64,000 nt of DNA, from NCBI GenBank assembly GCA_030704615.1, contig CM060731.1, positions 58,404,001 to 58,468,000 of the forward strand. The letters are read 5' to 3'. Shown piece by piece: positions 11,654-22,847 of this stretch. Each line of letters opens with the position of its first letter. Position 1 is the first letter of the stretch. The notes beneath the pieces are model-generated. The model saw nothing but the letters and a program-made list of their open reading frames with translations, did not search any database and was not told the DNA's origin. Position numbers and translations under genes: made by a program. The stretch is from Takakia lepidozioides (lineage: Eukaryota > Plantae > Bryophyta).

Positions 11654-13560
11654 ATGTCATAGTTAACTAGAAGTAGGTAATTCTAGTTAACCATGACTAT
11701 AACCATAACAGCTGTCGTGCACCTAAGCATCGTGCCACAACGAGGCCACAACATACATCGTTGTCCACCACACATTCTACGTACACAATCCTAGAAAACT
11801 ATGCCACAATCGCCTCCCTAGCTGGTGATTAGGTCGCTCTAACACCTGATAGCTGACAAGTATCCATCCCAATACGATCCTCGCTGGGTCTTCAATTACA
11901 CATGTCCCGATTTTCTAAAGTCTATGGATCAAGAGGCCGGGTGCAAAGAGAGCCCCGTCGTTAGTCGCCTACTTGCAATCCATGATCTTCAATCGAGTAT
12001 CCATGGCATTGAGCTCCCATCAGCTAGACCGGGGATCACTTGTCAACCTCACCATTGTCATGTCCACTATCTTTGTCCAAGGCATCGTGGACACAACCAT
12101 TCTCCGCTAGGAACCTCCTCAAGTGGCGGTGTGATTGTTGCCCACCTGCGTCGTATTGCTTGCTAATTCGTCATGAGAGTCCGAGGAAGTGGATGAAGAT
12201 CCCAACAACTTGGTTCTATTGATGTGCTCATTGGTCCTTTGTATTTCTATTTTACAGTTGTCTTGATCCATTTCAGACTCTAGGTGGGTCCCCAGTAGCT
12301 GAAATCCACTCACCAAAGTGTCTTGATTGCGTATTTGCAATCTGTGACTCCCACCCGGAGCAGACAACCATTCTTCGTAAGTCCAGATTGCCTCTATATA
12401 GTATAGGTGGAGGCGCAGAGTAGATTTCTGCATCCTCTACAAGGGCCAGAATGTGAGTTGATGGATTGACACTTAGTACAGGGTGATCTTCCATGTACGC
12501 TCCCCATGAGATTTTTGTAAATGGTGATAGCGTGTAGTGAGGCTGCGATTTCTGGAAATATTCCTGAATTTTGTATTTGAACAAGATCTCTGGGCTGCTG
12601 TTGGGGGGGGGTTTGATTGCACGAAATGTTTGATGTCAGCAGTAGTAATCCATAGGGACTCTACACATTCAAAATCATTTGATGTAATCAGAATAGCTGG
12701 AGGCTTACTTTTTCTGAATATGAGAGGGGTAACACAAAAAGCCTTTGGTGCTTCCACAACCTCCAGTGTCGAGCAGCCCTTGAGATCCAACTGTGGGGAT
12801 GAGCAGGTTTGGAGATAGGCATTCGCAAAGCTGGAATTGCAATCTATTCCAGTGGTGATTTTTGGAAAGGAGTTGCTGGTTGGAAGCGTCAATCTGACTA
12901 TTCGCTGCGTCTTGCCATCCTTTTTTTTTTTCCCTTTCTTATGAGGTAGTAGCCACCAGCTATTGATGTTTCTTCTGTTTTGCCTTTCTTTTGGAGATTG
13001 ATACCTCCGGCTGTTGATGCACCAGTAGTTCCATTTGCATAGGATCCCTGCTACTGTCTTCTTTGGCAGTATACTTTTGGTAAGGTCTGAGTTGGTTTGG
13101 TGTATTATGCAGGGCCTGACCAGACTGAGCATTTGGGGGAAGCACTGAGCCTGTGGTGGGAGACCCCAATTCCCGCCTTCGATTGGTACATGTTGCTGAA
13201 AGCACCCCTTGTTCTTGAGGCTGAGGGTTGGGAGGTATATTAGGCTAGGAACGTTTGCATTTGGCCGTGGGGCAGTCCAATTTGATGTGACCAAGCTGGC
13301 CGCAGTTGAAGCAAGCTACATAGGTAGTGTCTTCTATGAGCCGAATTGTAAAATAGTTACCCTCCTCGTCAATGGGCAATTTGACAAATTGCGGTAGAAT
13401 ATCCTCATCTGGCATCATCAGCACAAACTTGGCACACCCTGTCTCATGAAGGCGTGATGCAATGGTCACCGATTTCCATCCTAGATCTTGCCTTAGGTTT
13501 TGTGTACACATTTGGGATCAAATACTGCCAAGCACCCAAGGTATGATCGAAAATGATTAG
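10849..13560 (-). mobile_element. Degraded LINE-like remnant (ORF1-like zinc knuckle, poly(A) end)
   Basis: CFNCGQLGHIKLDCP knuckle in ORF 13245-13511. Poly(T)15 at 10849-10863 with a minus-strand AATAAA just upstream. No recognisable RT, and the two ends may not belong to one element. Confidence 0.4.
11231..11809. repeat. ~86-bp direct repeat flanking an LTR-like fragment with a (CA)n(TA)n microsatellite
   Basis: TGTCGTGCACCTAAGCATCGTGCCACAAC...CTATGCCACAA at 11231-11316 and 11713-11809. The intervening sequence ends ...CCATAACA (TGTTATGG on minus). Confidence 0.6.
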
Positions 13561-13616
13561 CAATGTCCGCCAAGTTAACCAGGTACTGATCTGGGATGTA
13601 AGGAACGGAGACAGTG

Positions 13617-13692
13617 TGTCGGACGGCTTTTACTCACCCATCCCTTCGCTATCCGAGGTGGAAACTCCAAGATAGAAGAGTTGGATATCTCT
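13617..13692 (-). mobile_element. Terminal 76-bp fragment of a family A LTR
   Basis: Near-identical to TGTCGCGCGGCTTTTACTCACCCATCCCTTCGCTATCCGAGG... at 34988, 41985, 43349 and 55082. Confidence 0.85.
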
Positions 13693-16079
13693 TGTAGTGT
13701 GAATGCAGGGGGTAAAAATTCAAGTTTGGCATCAGGTTTCGGCACTACTACAAAGGGAGTGCCCTTCGTGCTAATGAAGGGGAGGAATTGTCCATAACTT
13801 GAGGTAATTCCATGGAAAAACTATGCTATTGATCTGCCAAGAACAAAATATGGCTAAATTATGACATGCACCTTTTTCATCCCTAGGATGAATGATTTTC
13901 ATCCATGATGTTGAACCCTAGAAGCAGGATGTGAAATTCGAAGGGGAAGAGTGCGTGCATCTTTTCGCAGCTGCTGCAGTGGTGTTGGCAGCACAGGATA
14001 TCTGAGAAAGTTCCACCTACGCAAAGGGTATCAGCTTGCTTTAAAGAGAAACGTTAAGAGCTCCTGCTTGGCTTTCTGTGCAAGAAGAAGCGGTGCCGCC
14101 TTCTTCGTAAGCAATGATCAAACCTGAGGGATCAGGTTTGTGATAAGGGCGGTGCACCACTGCTGTCGCCATTGTCTTGATGAGCACATTAATGAGGAGA
14201 TGGAGCGGCTCAGCAGGTGTTGGGGGATGAGAAGTGCAGGCTGGTGTGTATAGCGCCTCAGGTTGTCTGTGACCAAATCTTGTAGCTGCTGTCTGTTTTA
14301 GCTTTAGGACCAGATCACTTTGTAAGGGAAGAGAGTAAGCATCTTTTCGCAGCTGCTGCAGTGGTGTTGGTAGTACAGCATATCTTAGGAAGTTCCACCT
14401 ACGCAAAGGGAATCAGCTTGCCTTAAAGAGCGATGTTAAGGGATCTGGCTTGGCATTCTGTGCAAGAGGAAGCGGTGCCGCCTTCTGGTGTGTATGGCGC
14501 TTAAGCTATCTATAATTAAGTTTTGTATCTGCTCTCTGTCTTAAGGGCTGTAGGACCAGATCACTTCATAGGGAAGAAATGCACATGTAGAAGGATAGGG
14601 TAGAGGTTGGCAGGCACAAGGATGTGCCAGCAGCTGAAGCAGAGCCGTCATGCCTTAATGAGGACTGGAATCACGATAAGAAGAAACGTCGGAAATGGCT
14701 GACGAGGGAGGTGACAAGGTGCCTTCTTGACAGGCAGACCCACCACTTCAATGAGTATAAGACAGATAAGTTCGAAGAGTGTTGGCTTCTTTTTTTTGGC
14801 ACTTAGGAATGACTTTGTGAAGTTTTTGGAACTGTCTCTTGTATCTATTGAAGGGGACAGAAATGTGAGGAGTAGAAAAGGCCTTTGAAAAATGGAATGA
14901 AGACACTGGAATTCAAACCAGGATAGGGTAGAGATGGATGCACCTGTTGTTACACTGTTATTAGGAAAATGAGAGGGGACAGGGATATCTCACCTCAGGG
15001 TCAGAATGGTTGCTGTTCTTGTGTTCCTTTTCTTTGTTTTCAGTGTCTTCAGCCAGCAAACCAAGGCAGCCTTGGATGTTAAAACAATGGAGCCAGTGTA
15101 GAACTAGCTTAGTGGAATGAGGAAAACAAGGATGGTCATTCAGAAACTGAGTTGAAGAGCTAAGAAGGGATGACGTGGATGGGGAAGAAAAGTCAATGTT
15201 GTTTTGGGCTTTGGATCTGATTTCTAGAAGTGTTCTCAACATGTGAATGACTGATGTTCGAAGTTGAGGAGAAAAGGAGAGCTGTCAAGGTGTGTGATTC
15301 GAGATTTGTAGAAGGGTTGTGAAGCACCTTGACCAAACAGGATCCACTTGGGAAAGGTAGTGCAAGGACCAGTCACTGGAAAGAGAGAGAGAAAAAGACT
15401 GACAGAGGGGCAGATTGTCTCTTGTGTGACCAAGGTTGACTTCAATGATGGATGCACTGGATGCCTGGCTGGATGTGCATTGCATTGCATAGTAGCCATG
15501 CTGTTGTGGAGAAAAGTGAGGAATCCACACATGAAAGAAAAAGAGTGTGAGAGAAAGAAAAAGTGAAGAAGGGAGAAAGGATTGATGAGGGATGGACAAA
15601 TGGAGAGCCAAGGTCAAGAAGACATGAACCCTGAATGATCAAACTAGTGGGCCTGCAGTTCATGGCAGATCTGAGCTGCCCATCCACCTAGACCGTGATC
15701 TCATTACAAAAAGGGGCTTCCGACGTGTTGCTGACCAAGGGAACTGCCCACAAGGGCAGTGTTTCATCACTGACATAGGGCTGATTGCATCACTGAATAC
15801 ATCGCACCAGCATAGCTGGTGCTGTACCTGCAAGCAGGGGATGTTGTGTAAAAGGTAGAACCAAGAGTGAACAACAATTTGACTCCCCATCCATGTCTTC
15901 TCTTCCGCTGCGGCGTGGATGAGGATTGCGTGAACTCTGATCACGAAGGAGCTGAGGGAAACCCACAGCCAAGTGACGACAGTTGGACAGACTGGAACAA
16001 CGTTTCTTTCTTTTGCTCCGCTAAAAATGGAGGGGAGCACAATTAGAATTATACAAAAGGGGATTCACGCCCCTTCTTT

Positions 16080-16091
16080 TGGTATCAGAGC
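16080..16091 (+). promoter_or_regulatory. Primer binding site (tRNA-iMet) of family B
   Basis: TGGTATCAGAGC. Confidence 0.85.
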
Positions 16092-16148
16092 TAATGTTAA
16101 ATCTTGATTTCTACTAGCTAGGGATCTTGACTGGTATTGGATGGTTTG

Positions 16149-16460
16149 ATGGCAGGAAGAGACCACACACTGATTCCTGATGAACCAAGCATTGGAGATG
16201 TGCTGATTTGCTTCAGCAGACGCACACCAAATGCACACGCAGACCCTTGTTTGTACTTCTTCAACCCTGCTTGGAGAATAGCGAATGGTGATTTATGTCT
16301 TAGAGTGATACATACTGGTGGAAGAACAACCATAGCACTTTGGATAAGAGAGTTAGGAAGGTGGGTGAAGATAAATACCATGGCACGAGAGGTAACATGG
16401 GGAGGTAGAGTAGAGATGTTGCGAAATGGACAGTGGGAGTGGTATAGAGGTCAACATTAA
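16149..16460 (+). CDS. Small Trp-rich extra ORF between PBS and gag of family B
   Basis: 103-codon sense ORF MAGRDHTLIP...WEWYRGQH ending 71 bp before the gag ATG; no motif recognised. Confidence 0.4.
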   Translation: MAGRDHTLIPDEPSIGDVLICFSRRTPNAHADPCLYFFNPAWRIANGDLCLRVIHTGGRTTIALWIRELGRWVKINTMAREVTWGGRVEMLRNGQWEWYRGQH

Positions 16461-16531
16461 GGGAGTTGCAGGAAAATTAGAGTCAGAATTAGGTGTTGAA
16501 ACAGTTTGAACTTCGACTAGAGTATAGAAGG

Positions 16532-19500
16532 ATGACCAGTCCAACTAGCATAGATGCGCCTTATCATGGTAGGAATAGTGAAGATGTAAATGACTGGCTG
16601 GAGAGAATTCAGATGGAGGCAGATGTCAGGGATTTGAATGAGGACAAAACTTTCAAGATAGCAAGGCTCAACCTGAGAGCCAAGGCTGATGAATGGTACC
16701 GTAAACAAAACCCTAGGCCAGACAACTGGGAAGACTTCAGGGCAGCCATTTCAGCCAAGTTTGGTATCGTTGACTTGGCAGAGATTAGGCTAAGAATGGA
16801 TACCATTAAACAGGAGAATAGACAAAGGGTTCGAACATACTTCGATAGGTTGAACCGGTTATTTATAAGAGGTGGGGCGTCTGATTTGGAACAAAGGCGT
16901 AGATTTGCAGCGGGTTTGAGACCTGAAATAGCAAGAGTAATGCTGGGCAGGCGCTTCCTTGATGTGGAGGAAGCACTTGACACAGCCATTGAGATTGAGA
17001 GGGGTCTGGGAAGGTTGGGAGAGATACCTCTAGAGCCATTGGAAGGAGATGATACAGATGAGTCAGTTGTGTTTGTCAACCCTGTGGACAGAAGACTTGA
17101 TCAGCTGAACACTACCCTACAGAAGTACTTTGATAGGGGACCAGTCATAGGAGAAGGCTCGAGATCTAGAACACCACCTCGTGTTCGCCTTTGTAATGTT
17201 TGTCACAAAGAAGGTCACATAGCGACATATTGTCATGAAGGAAGAACCCAAGCTAAGTGTGACAAATGTCACCGGTTCGGGCATTCCACGGAAATGTGTG
17301 GTGTGAGATGCAACTTTTGCAAGCTACTCGGGCATACAGAGAGTGAGTGCAGTAGAAAACTCGACCAAACTATGATGGGAACTCCGGGAACTAACTTTGT
17401 AGATGTGTTCTATGATGATGAGGATGATGTACTCGCAGAGATGACAGATCTGATGTCACGAAATAGTATCAATGAAGTCAGACTTCCAAGGACACGCATA
17501 CCTGTCCAGAGTCCGATTGTTGAACCTACAGGGTCACCAGAAAGGAATAGTGAGAGCAGTGAACAGCCAAGCAAGACCAAGAGTGAAATCTACCCAAAGA
17601 ACAATTTCAAGAATGCTATAGAAGGAGGTACGAAATCCAGAATCTTGAACCACTTCTACAAAGGGAGAATATCGTTGTCTCCCATGGACCTAATCATGAC
17701 TGTACCCGGAGAACTAGACAAATTGAAAGGGCTGGTCAAAGTGGTGGAAAGAGCAATGGTCCAACAAAGGGAGACAACTCACAGTGTAGAAGTTGTGAAG
17801 GATGTACCAAGGCCTTTGTACTCAGCACACGCTGAGCCCACGATCTCGTATGCTTATACTGGTAAGGTTAAAGCGCTTCATGTAATGATTACAATGGGAG
17901 ATTACCAAGTATTAGGCGAGATTGACACCGGTGCCATGCTTTCTGTAATATCAGCTAGTACAGTCAGGGATCTTGGTTTGATGGGATCTGTCATTACTAG
18001 TAAGGATGTGAATTACAGAGTAGCCTCAGGTGCTCTTGAGACTGCAATGGGCAGACTTGAGGACATCAAGGTCAAAGTAGGAGAATTGACCAATCGTTTG
18101 TCCTTTATGGTGGTGAACACGGATACATATCACATGCTGCTGGGATTAGACTTTCTCAAAAAGTTTGGCGCTGTAGTGGACACCGAAGCTGAAACAATTC
18201 GCGTACGCTATGGGCCAGGAAAGGATTTTGCTCACTTCCCTTTGCACACCATCAATTATAATGAGCCTGCAGTTACCAAAACAGCCTACCATAGAGGGGT
18301 CGAGAGTAGAATGAGATATGCAAGCAGTACGTCAGCAGGTAATGTCTTAACCCTGACGTCAGATGAACAGTACCTAGGCTTGTGGGAGAAGAAAAGAAAA
18401 CCAGAGGAAGAATATGAGGACACGGAGGAAGCATCCTCAGGTTCTGACACCTCTAAATCTGATAAAGATGAGGAGATGGGAGGCTCTGAGGAGAGTAAGG
18501 AGGTAGAAACAGCACTGAGGGATGTTGAGGAAATAATAGACGATGTCAACCTAGGGGAGGACTTGTTCGAGGACCAAGGGATGTCTGAACTCCTTCAGGA
18601 AGAGACCCATAAGAGCATGGCTGCTGCCATAATACAGGAAGCTTACCAGAAAGCTTGGAATGGTGAACTAGGAAACAACAACCTAGAAATAGAGGATGAC
18701 TTCCATGATTGGAATCAGGTTATCACACAAGAGGAAGGACAGAGAATGGCTAACTCTGTAAGCCAGGTGGAGGGAAAGAATTGGGAACCCAGTCAAGAGG
18801 AAGAAATGGAGAGTCGTTGGAGAAGTCTGAAATCCAGACTGCACATCAACCCAGAACTGGCCCCAGAACATAGGATAGAGCTGGAGCAAGAGCTGAAAGC
18901 AAACCAGGAATGCTTTGCTCTTAGCAAGGCTGACTTGGGATACTGCAGTGAGGTGGAACACACAATTGACACACAAGGTTTTCCCCCTTGCAGAAGTCGT
19001 CCCAGCCGCCTATCAGAATGGGAGGAAGACGAGGTCCAAGGACAAATTGAGACTTTGATCTCACAAGGCAAGATGAGAGAGAGTAGTTCAGAATGGTCGT
19101 GTCCAGTTACCCTTCCACCAAAAAAGGATGGATCCAAGCGGTTTTGTGGTGATTTTAGGCCAGTAAACCGTTTAACCAGAAGGGACTCTTACCCTATGCC
19201 ATTAATTCAAGATGTTTTAAACCAGTTGGGGAAAGCCAAGTGGTTTTCTGCGCTGGATTTACAATCTGGTTTTTGGCAGATCAAAATGGACGACCGAGAC
19301 ATAAGCAAAACAGCAGTGATCACAAAGAAGGGATTGTATGAATGGCTAGTCATGCCATTCGGACTAAAAAATGCCACTGCTACCTTTCAGAGAACAATGA
19401 ATAGGGTGCTCAAGGAAGAAATCAAAGATTGCGCTAAAGTTTTTGTAGATGACGTCAATATCCATAGCAAGGACTGGGGAGATCACGTGGGACATATAAA

Positions 19501-20854
19501 AAGAGTACTGAGCAAGGTTAGAAAGGCTAATCTTAGGCTCAATCCGGACAAGTGTTACTTTGCCAACTTACAGTTGGTATTCCTTGGGCATGTGATCTCT
19601 GAAGAGGGAACGTGGCCTGATCCAGATAAGATAGCTGCTATTGAAAGGTTTCCCTTGCCCAAAAACCACACTGCTCTCAAAAGCTACTTAGGCATGACAG
19701 GGTACTATAGGCCCTATGTCAAAGGATATGCTGGAGTGGCAGTACCCTTGTTCACTCTAACCAAGAAGGATGTGAAGTTTATCTGGAGTGCAGAGGCACA
19801 AAACGCCTTTTCTGCCTTACAGGTGAAGTTGGTAACTGCTCCCATCCTGGCAAGACCAGATTTCTCAAGACCGTTCGTCTTGGATGTTGACTGGTCCATC
19901 AAAGGAGTAGGGGCAGTCTTGTCACAAAAGGAGTATAAAAAGGAGAGGGTCATTGCATACGCCAGTAAGGTACTATCTGATGCTCAGCGCAAATATCACC
20001 CTATGGAAGGTGAATGCTATGCCCTGGTGTGGGGAGTATTACACTTTCGGCAGTACCTGTATGGAACCCCTTTTGTAATCAGGACTGATCACAAACCACT
20101 AGAGTGGTTGGCAACGGTAAGTGACGCATATGGACGCAGGGGTAGATGGATCATGATGTTACAAGATTTTGAGTTTAAAATTGTTCACAGAGCAGGTGCT
20201 AGGCATGCTAACGTAGATGCACTAAGCAGGTATCCAGTGGGACCAGCTGAGGAAACCGAGGAAATCGAGGTATACTCTACTTCTCCGTATAGTCAGAAAA
20301 GAGAAGGAAGAAAGAGGGATGGAGCCTATCTTCTTAAGCTAGCTTGGGATAGGGGTGCCATCAATGCTTCGTGCCTTGGGCACTCAAGGGTGCTTCAGCC
20401 CCCGTACCTATCGCTGCTACTGCCCCCACCACAGGGGCAGCCCCTCTTGTGTCTCGACCTCCCTGCCCTCAAGGCAAAGGGCCGCGACACACTGCTTACA
20501 AACTGCCACAAAAACAGTTTCACAGGACTTACAGATGATTGGTGGAAGGCAAGGCCCCTCGCCATGGGCCAGATTAATTGTATGTTGCAGCCCAGAACAA
20601 CGACGGGAAGTCATCTAGGGCAACAAACCCCATCTTGGCAGTGTCTTTTGTGTGAGAGAAGTCAAGCTAAACCTGCTCATCATATCGAGTGGGATGGACC
20701 AGATGTAAAGCTGCCAAGCCAACCACACTCATATTCGCACTCAAGCAACATAAGCTGGAGCCATTTCCAGATTATGAGTACCCGTGTTTTAAGAATACTC
20801 CTTCTTCAACTTGCGGTGAACGGGCAGAAAACTTCACAATGTGCAGCAGATTAA
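16532..20854 (+). CDS. Gag-protease-RT-RNase H polyprotein of family B (genuine part ends near 20300; the tail is read-through into foreign DNA)
   Basis: Three CCHC knuckles, protease IDTGA/MLLGLDF, RT DLQSGFWQI/MPFGLKNA/FVDD, RNase H DWSIKGVGAVL/TDHKPL/NVDALSR. Confidence 0.9.
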   Translation: MTSPTSIDAPYHGRNSEDVNDWLERIQMEADVRDLNEDKTFKIARLNLRAKADEWYRKQNPRPDNWEDFRAAISAKFGIVDLAEIRLRMDTIKQENRQRVRTYFDRLNRLFIRGGASDLEQRRRFAAGLRPEIARVMLGRRFLDVEEALDTAIEIERGLGRLGEIPLEPLEGDDTDESVVFVNPVDRRLDQLNTTLQKYFDRGPVIGEGSRSRTPPRVRLCNVCHKEGHIATYCHEGRTQAKCDKCHRFGHSTEMCGVRCNFCKLLGHTESECSRKLDQTMMGTPGTNFVDVFYDDEDDVLAEMTDLMSRNSINEVRLPRTRIPVQSPIVEPTGSPERNSESSEQPSKTKSEIYPKNNFKNAIEGGTKSRILNHFYKGRISLSPMDLIMTVPGELDKLKGLVKVVERAMVQQRETTHSVEVVKDVPRPLYSAHAEPTISYAYTGKVKALHVMITMGDYQVLGEIDTGAMLSVISASTVRDLGLMGSVITSKDVNYRVASGALETAMGRLEDIKVKVGELTNRLSFMVVNTDTYHMLLGLDFLKKFGAVVDTEAETIRVRYGPGKDFAHFPLHTINYNEPAVTKTAYHRGVESRMRYASSTSAGNVLTLTSDEQYLGLWEKKRKPEEEYEDTEEASSGSDTSKSDKDEEMGGSEESKEVETALRDVEEIIDDVNLGEDLFEDQGMSELLQEETHKSMAAAIIQEAYQKAWNGELGNNNLEIEDDFHDWNQVITQEEGQRMANSVSQVEGKNWEPSQEEEMESRWRSLKSRLHINPELAPEHRIELEQELKANQECFALSKADLGYCSEVEHTIDTQGFPPCRSRPSRLSEWEEDEVQGQIETLISQGKMRESSSEWSCPVTLPPKKDGSKRFCGDFRPVNRLTRRDSYPMPLIQDVLNQLGKAKWFSALDLQSGFWQIKMDDRDISKTAVITKKGLYEWLVMPFGLKNATATFQRTMNRVLKEEIKDCAKVFVDDVNIHSKDWGDHVGHIKRVLSKVRKANLRLNPDKCYFANLQLVFLGHVISEEGTWPDPDKIAAIERFPLPKNHTALKSYLGMTGYYRPYVKGYAGVAVPLFTLTKKDVKFIWSAEAQNAFSALQVKLVTAPILARPDFSRPFVLDVDWSIKGVGAVLSQKEYKKERVIAYASKVLSDAQRKYHPMEGECYALVWGVLHFRQYLYGTPFVIRTDHKPLEWLATVSDAYGRRGRWIMMLQDFEFKIVHRAGARHANVDALSRYPVGPAEETEEIEVYSTSPYSQKREGRKRDGAYLLKLAWDRGAINASCLGHSRVLQPPYLSLLLPPPQGQPLLCLDLPALKAKGRDTLLTNCHKNSFTGLTDDWWKARPLAMGQINCMLQPRTTTGSHLGQQTPSWQCLLCERSQAKPAHHIEWDGPDVKLPSQPHSYSHSSNISWSHFQIMSTRVLRILLLQLAVNGQKTSQCAAD
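20371..20489 (-). mobile_element. Fragment of a family C LTR 5' end
   Basis: Reverse complement of about 31895-32013 (TGTCGCGGCCCTTTGCCTTGAGGGCAGG...). Confidence 0.85.
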
Positions 20855-21179
20855 TGAACCAAGATGCGGAGCTGAATTGGGTATCCAGTTAGGCAATGCT
20901 GGTTTCAAAACCCCGTTCCATCCCTACGTTTCGAAGATCTGGCTTGAATGGGCACACTCCGGCAGTGGAAGGCTCACGGAGTAATGAGTTTCAGCTGATA
21001 TGCATGCTGACATGCCATGCCGGTGCAAAGAACAACGTTCTGAGTGGCGATTGTGATCTCAAAATCTGCCCCTGCATTCAAGCTGATTTCTCTCTCGAGC
21101 AGAGCCGCCTTGTGGATGTTCCAGCCAGTGTCCAAAAACAGCTCAAGTGCAAGACAACATCATCAACAAGGCATGGTTA

Positions 21180-22074
21180 GCTAAGCAAGGTCATGGTGGA
21201 GAGGCATTTGAACTCTCTGAACGTAATGTGGTCGGACTTCACCCCCTCCCACATCAACTGCTCATAGGTCTCCAAAACCTGCAATCCCCGCCCCTGTTGT
21301 GCATGTCCTGCGATCATCACTTTCCACGACACCACATTTCGCTCAGCCATATTGTTGAACACTCCCTATCTAGAAGGGTATTCATGTTCAGAATGACATC
21401 TACCACAATTCCAGCTTTGACGATGCAACCATGGACCTCTTTGCCCTTCTCCAACAGGCTCGCACATGCACTACAAACACAAACAAACATAATGTGCTCG
21501 GGCTTCACCCCCTAGACCCACATCATTTGCTCATAGGTCTCCAAAACCCGCAATCCCCGCCCATGTTGTGCATGTCCTGCGATCATCACGTTCCACCACA
21601 CCACATTTCGCTCAGCCATATTGTTAAACACTCCTTGTCCACAAGGGAATGCTCCCACGTTTGGCATACATGTCGACGAGGTATTGTTACATCTGGTACA
21701 GTTCCAGCTTTGACAATGTCACGATGGACCTCTTTGCCCTTTACCAAGTCTCCAGGGCTGCCAGGTTTGCACATGCATTGCAAACACAAATGAACGTGAC
21801 CCGGTCAGGCTGCACCTCTTCTCAACATTTGCTCATATGTCTCCAATGCCCTCATCCCGCACACATGCTGGCCATATCTTGCGAGATTCAGCGTGTTCCT
21901 TGAGACAACATCTTGTTCAGCCATGTTATCAAACTCTCCCTTCGCAACTTCATAGGTCTCCAAAGCCTCCATCCCACGTCCCTGCTGTGCATACCCTGCA
22001 AGCATCGCACTCCACGACACTACATCTCGGCAAAACAGGCTGAAATAGCTCAAAGAAGAAGGTGCCCTCACCAC
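21180..22074 (-). pseudogene. Degraded PLS-class PPR gene
   Basis: Several frameshifted motifs: DVVSWSAMLAGYAQQGRGMEALETYE, FVCVCSACASLLEKGKEVHGCIVKAG, RNVVSWKVMIAGHAQQGRG. Confidence 0.85.
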
Positions 22075-22847
22075 ATTGTCCTCTACCTTGTGTCATGACC
22101 CATTGCGGATTAGACTGACCATGAACCCAAGAAGACCTCTTGTGCGTGCTGCTTGTATCTCTAGTCAGGTAATGTGGGATTGGTTTGTAAGAACCACCAC
22201 GGTGCAGCTAAGCGGGCAGAGATTAAAATATGGGTTGCTAAGACCAAGCTGATTCCCCCAAGAACCTTGTGATCATCAGGAAGAATACCAAATCATGGTA
22301 CAAAGGGGAGCCAAGAGCCCACATTTGCACATAATGCGCCCTTGACGCCATAAACGCTTGCAACAACAGGACATGGGCCTCGATTTGGTCTTCATCCTTC
22401 TCGCATCACTTGTTTGTCTCTCTCTCAAGCCTCCATCCCTCTCCCAACACTTGGACAAATTCAGGCAAAGGACAAAGTTACTCTTCCACCCTTAGATCAT
22501 TTTACATCCGACGATTAGAACAATCTCTATGAGCCACACAAGCCCTAAAATACATTAAAATATTCCAATTCATGAGCCATGTGGAGCACTTATAAAAATT
22601 CCATTTTTGAATAGGGTGTGCAATGAATGCCTAGTTGTTAAGAGTCGTTCTCTAGTGCTTAAAACCACTTGTAATTGCTGTTTAAAAAAAAAACAATTTA
22701 CGTAATTGAATTAAATCGCCGCGAATATTGTGCCGACTGCGGAGTCATTGATGCAACTTCTATCCGCCATTAGAAATGTGAATTTATCCGTTACGACTGT
22801 GCAGTAGTAACAAACATCTCAAAGTTGTTCCCTTAGTGGTTTTGGAC

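Larger units (their letters stand above)
13693..20350 (+). mobile_element. Ty3/gypsy LTR retrotransposon family B, 3'-truncated (5' LTR ~13693-16077)
   Basis: LTR starts TGTAGTGTGAATGCAGGGG, and the same terminus recurs inverted at 44375. ~150-bp internal duplication (13957-14104 / 14339-14486). PBS then gag-pol follow; integrase and 3' LTR are missing. Confidence 0.85.

Noticed and set aside
20300-20854. Novel C-terminal domain on the family B polyprotein
   Set aside because: Read-through into an inverted family C LTR fragment and unrelated DNA.
20900-21150. Weak ankyrin-like words on the minus strand (GWNIHKAA, LNAGAD)
   Set aside because: Too short and flanked by stops, so not supportable.
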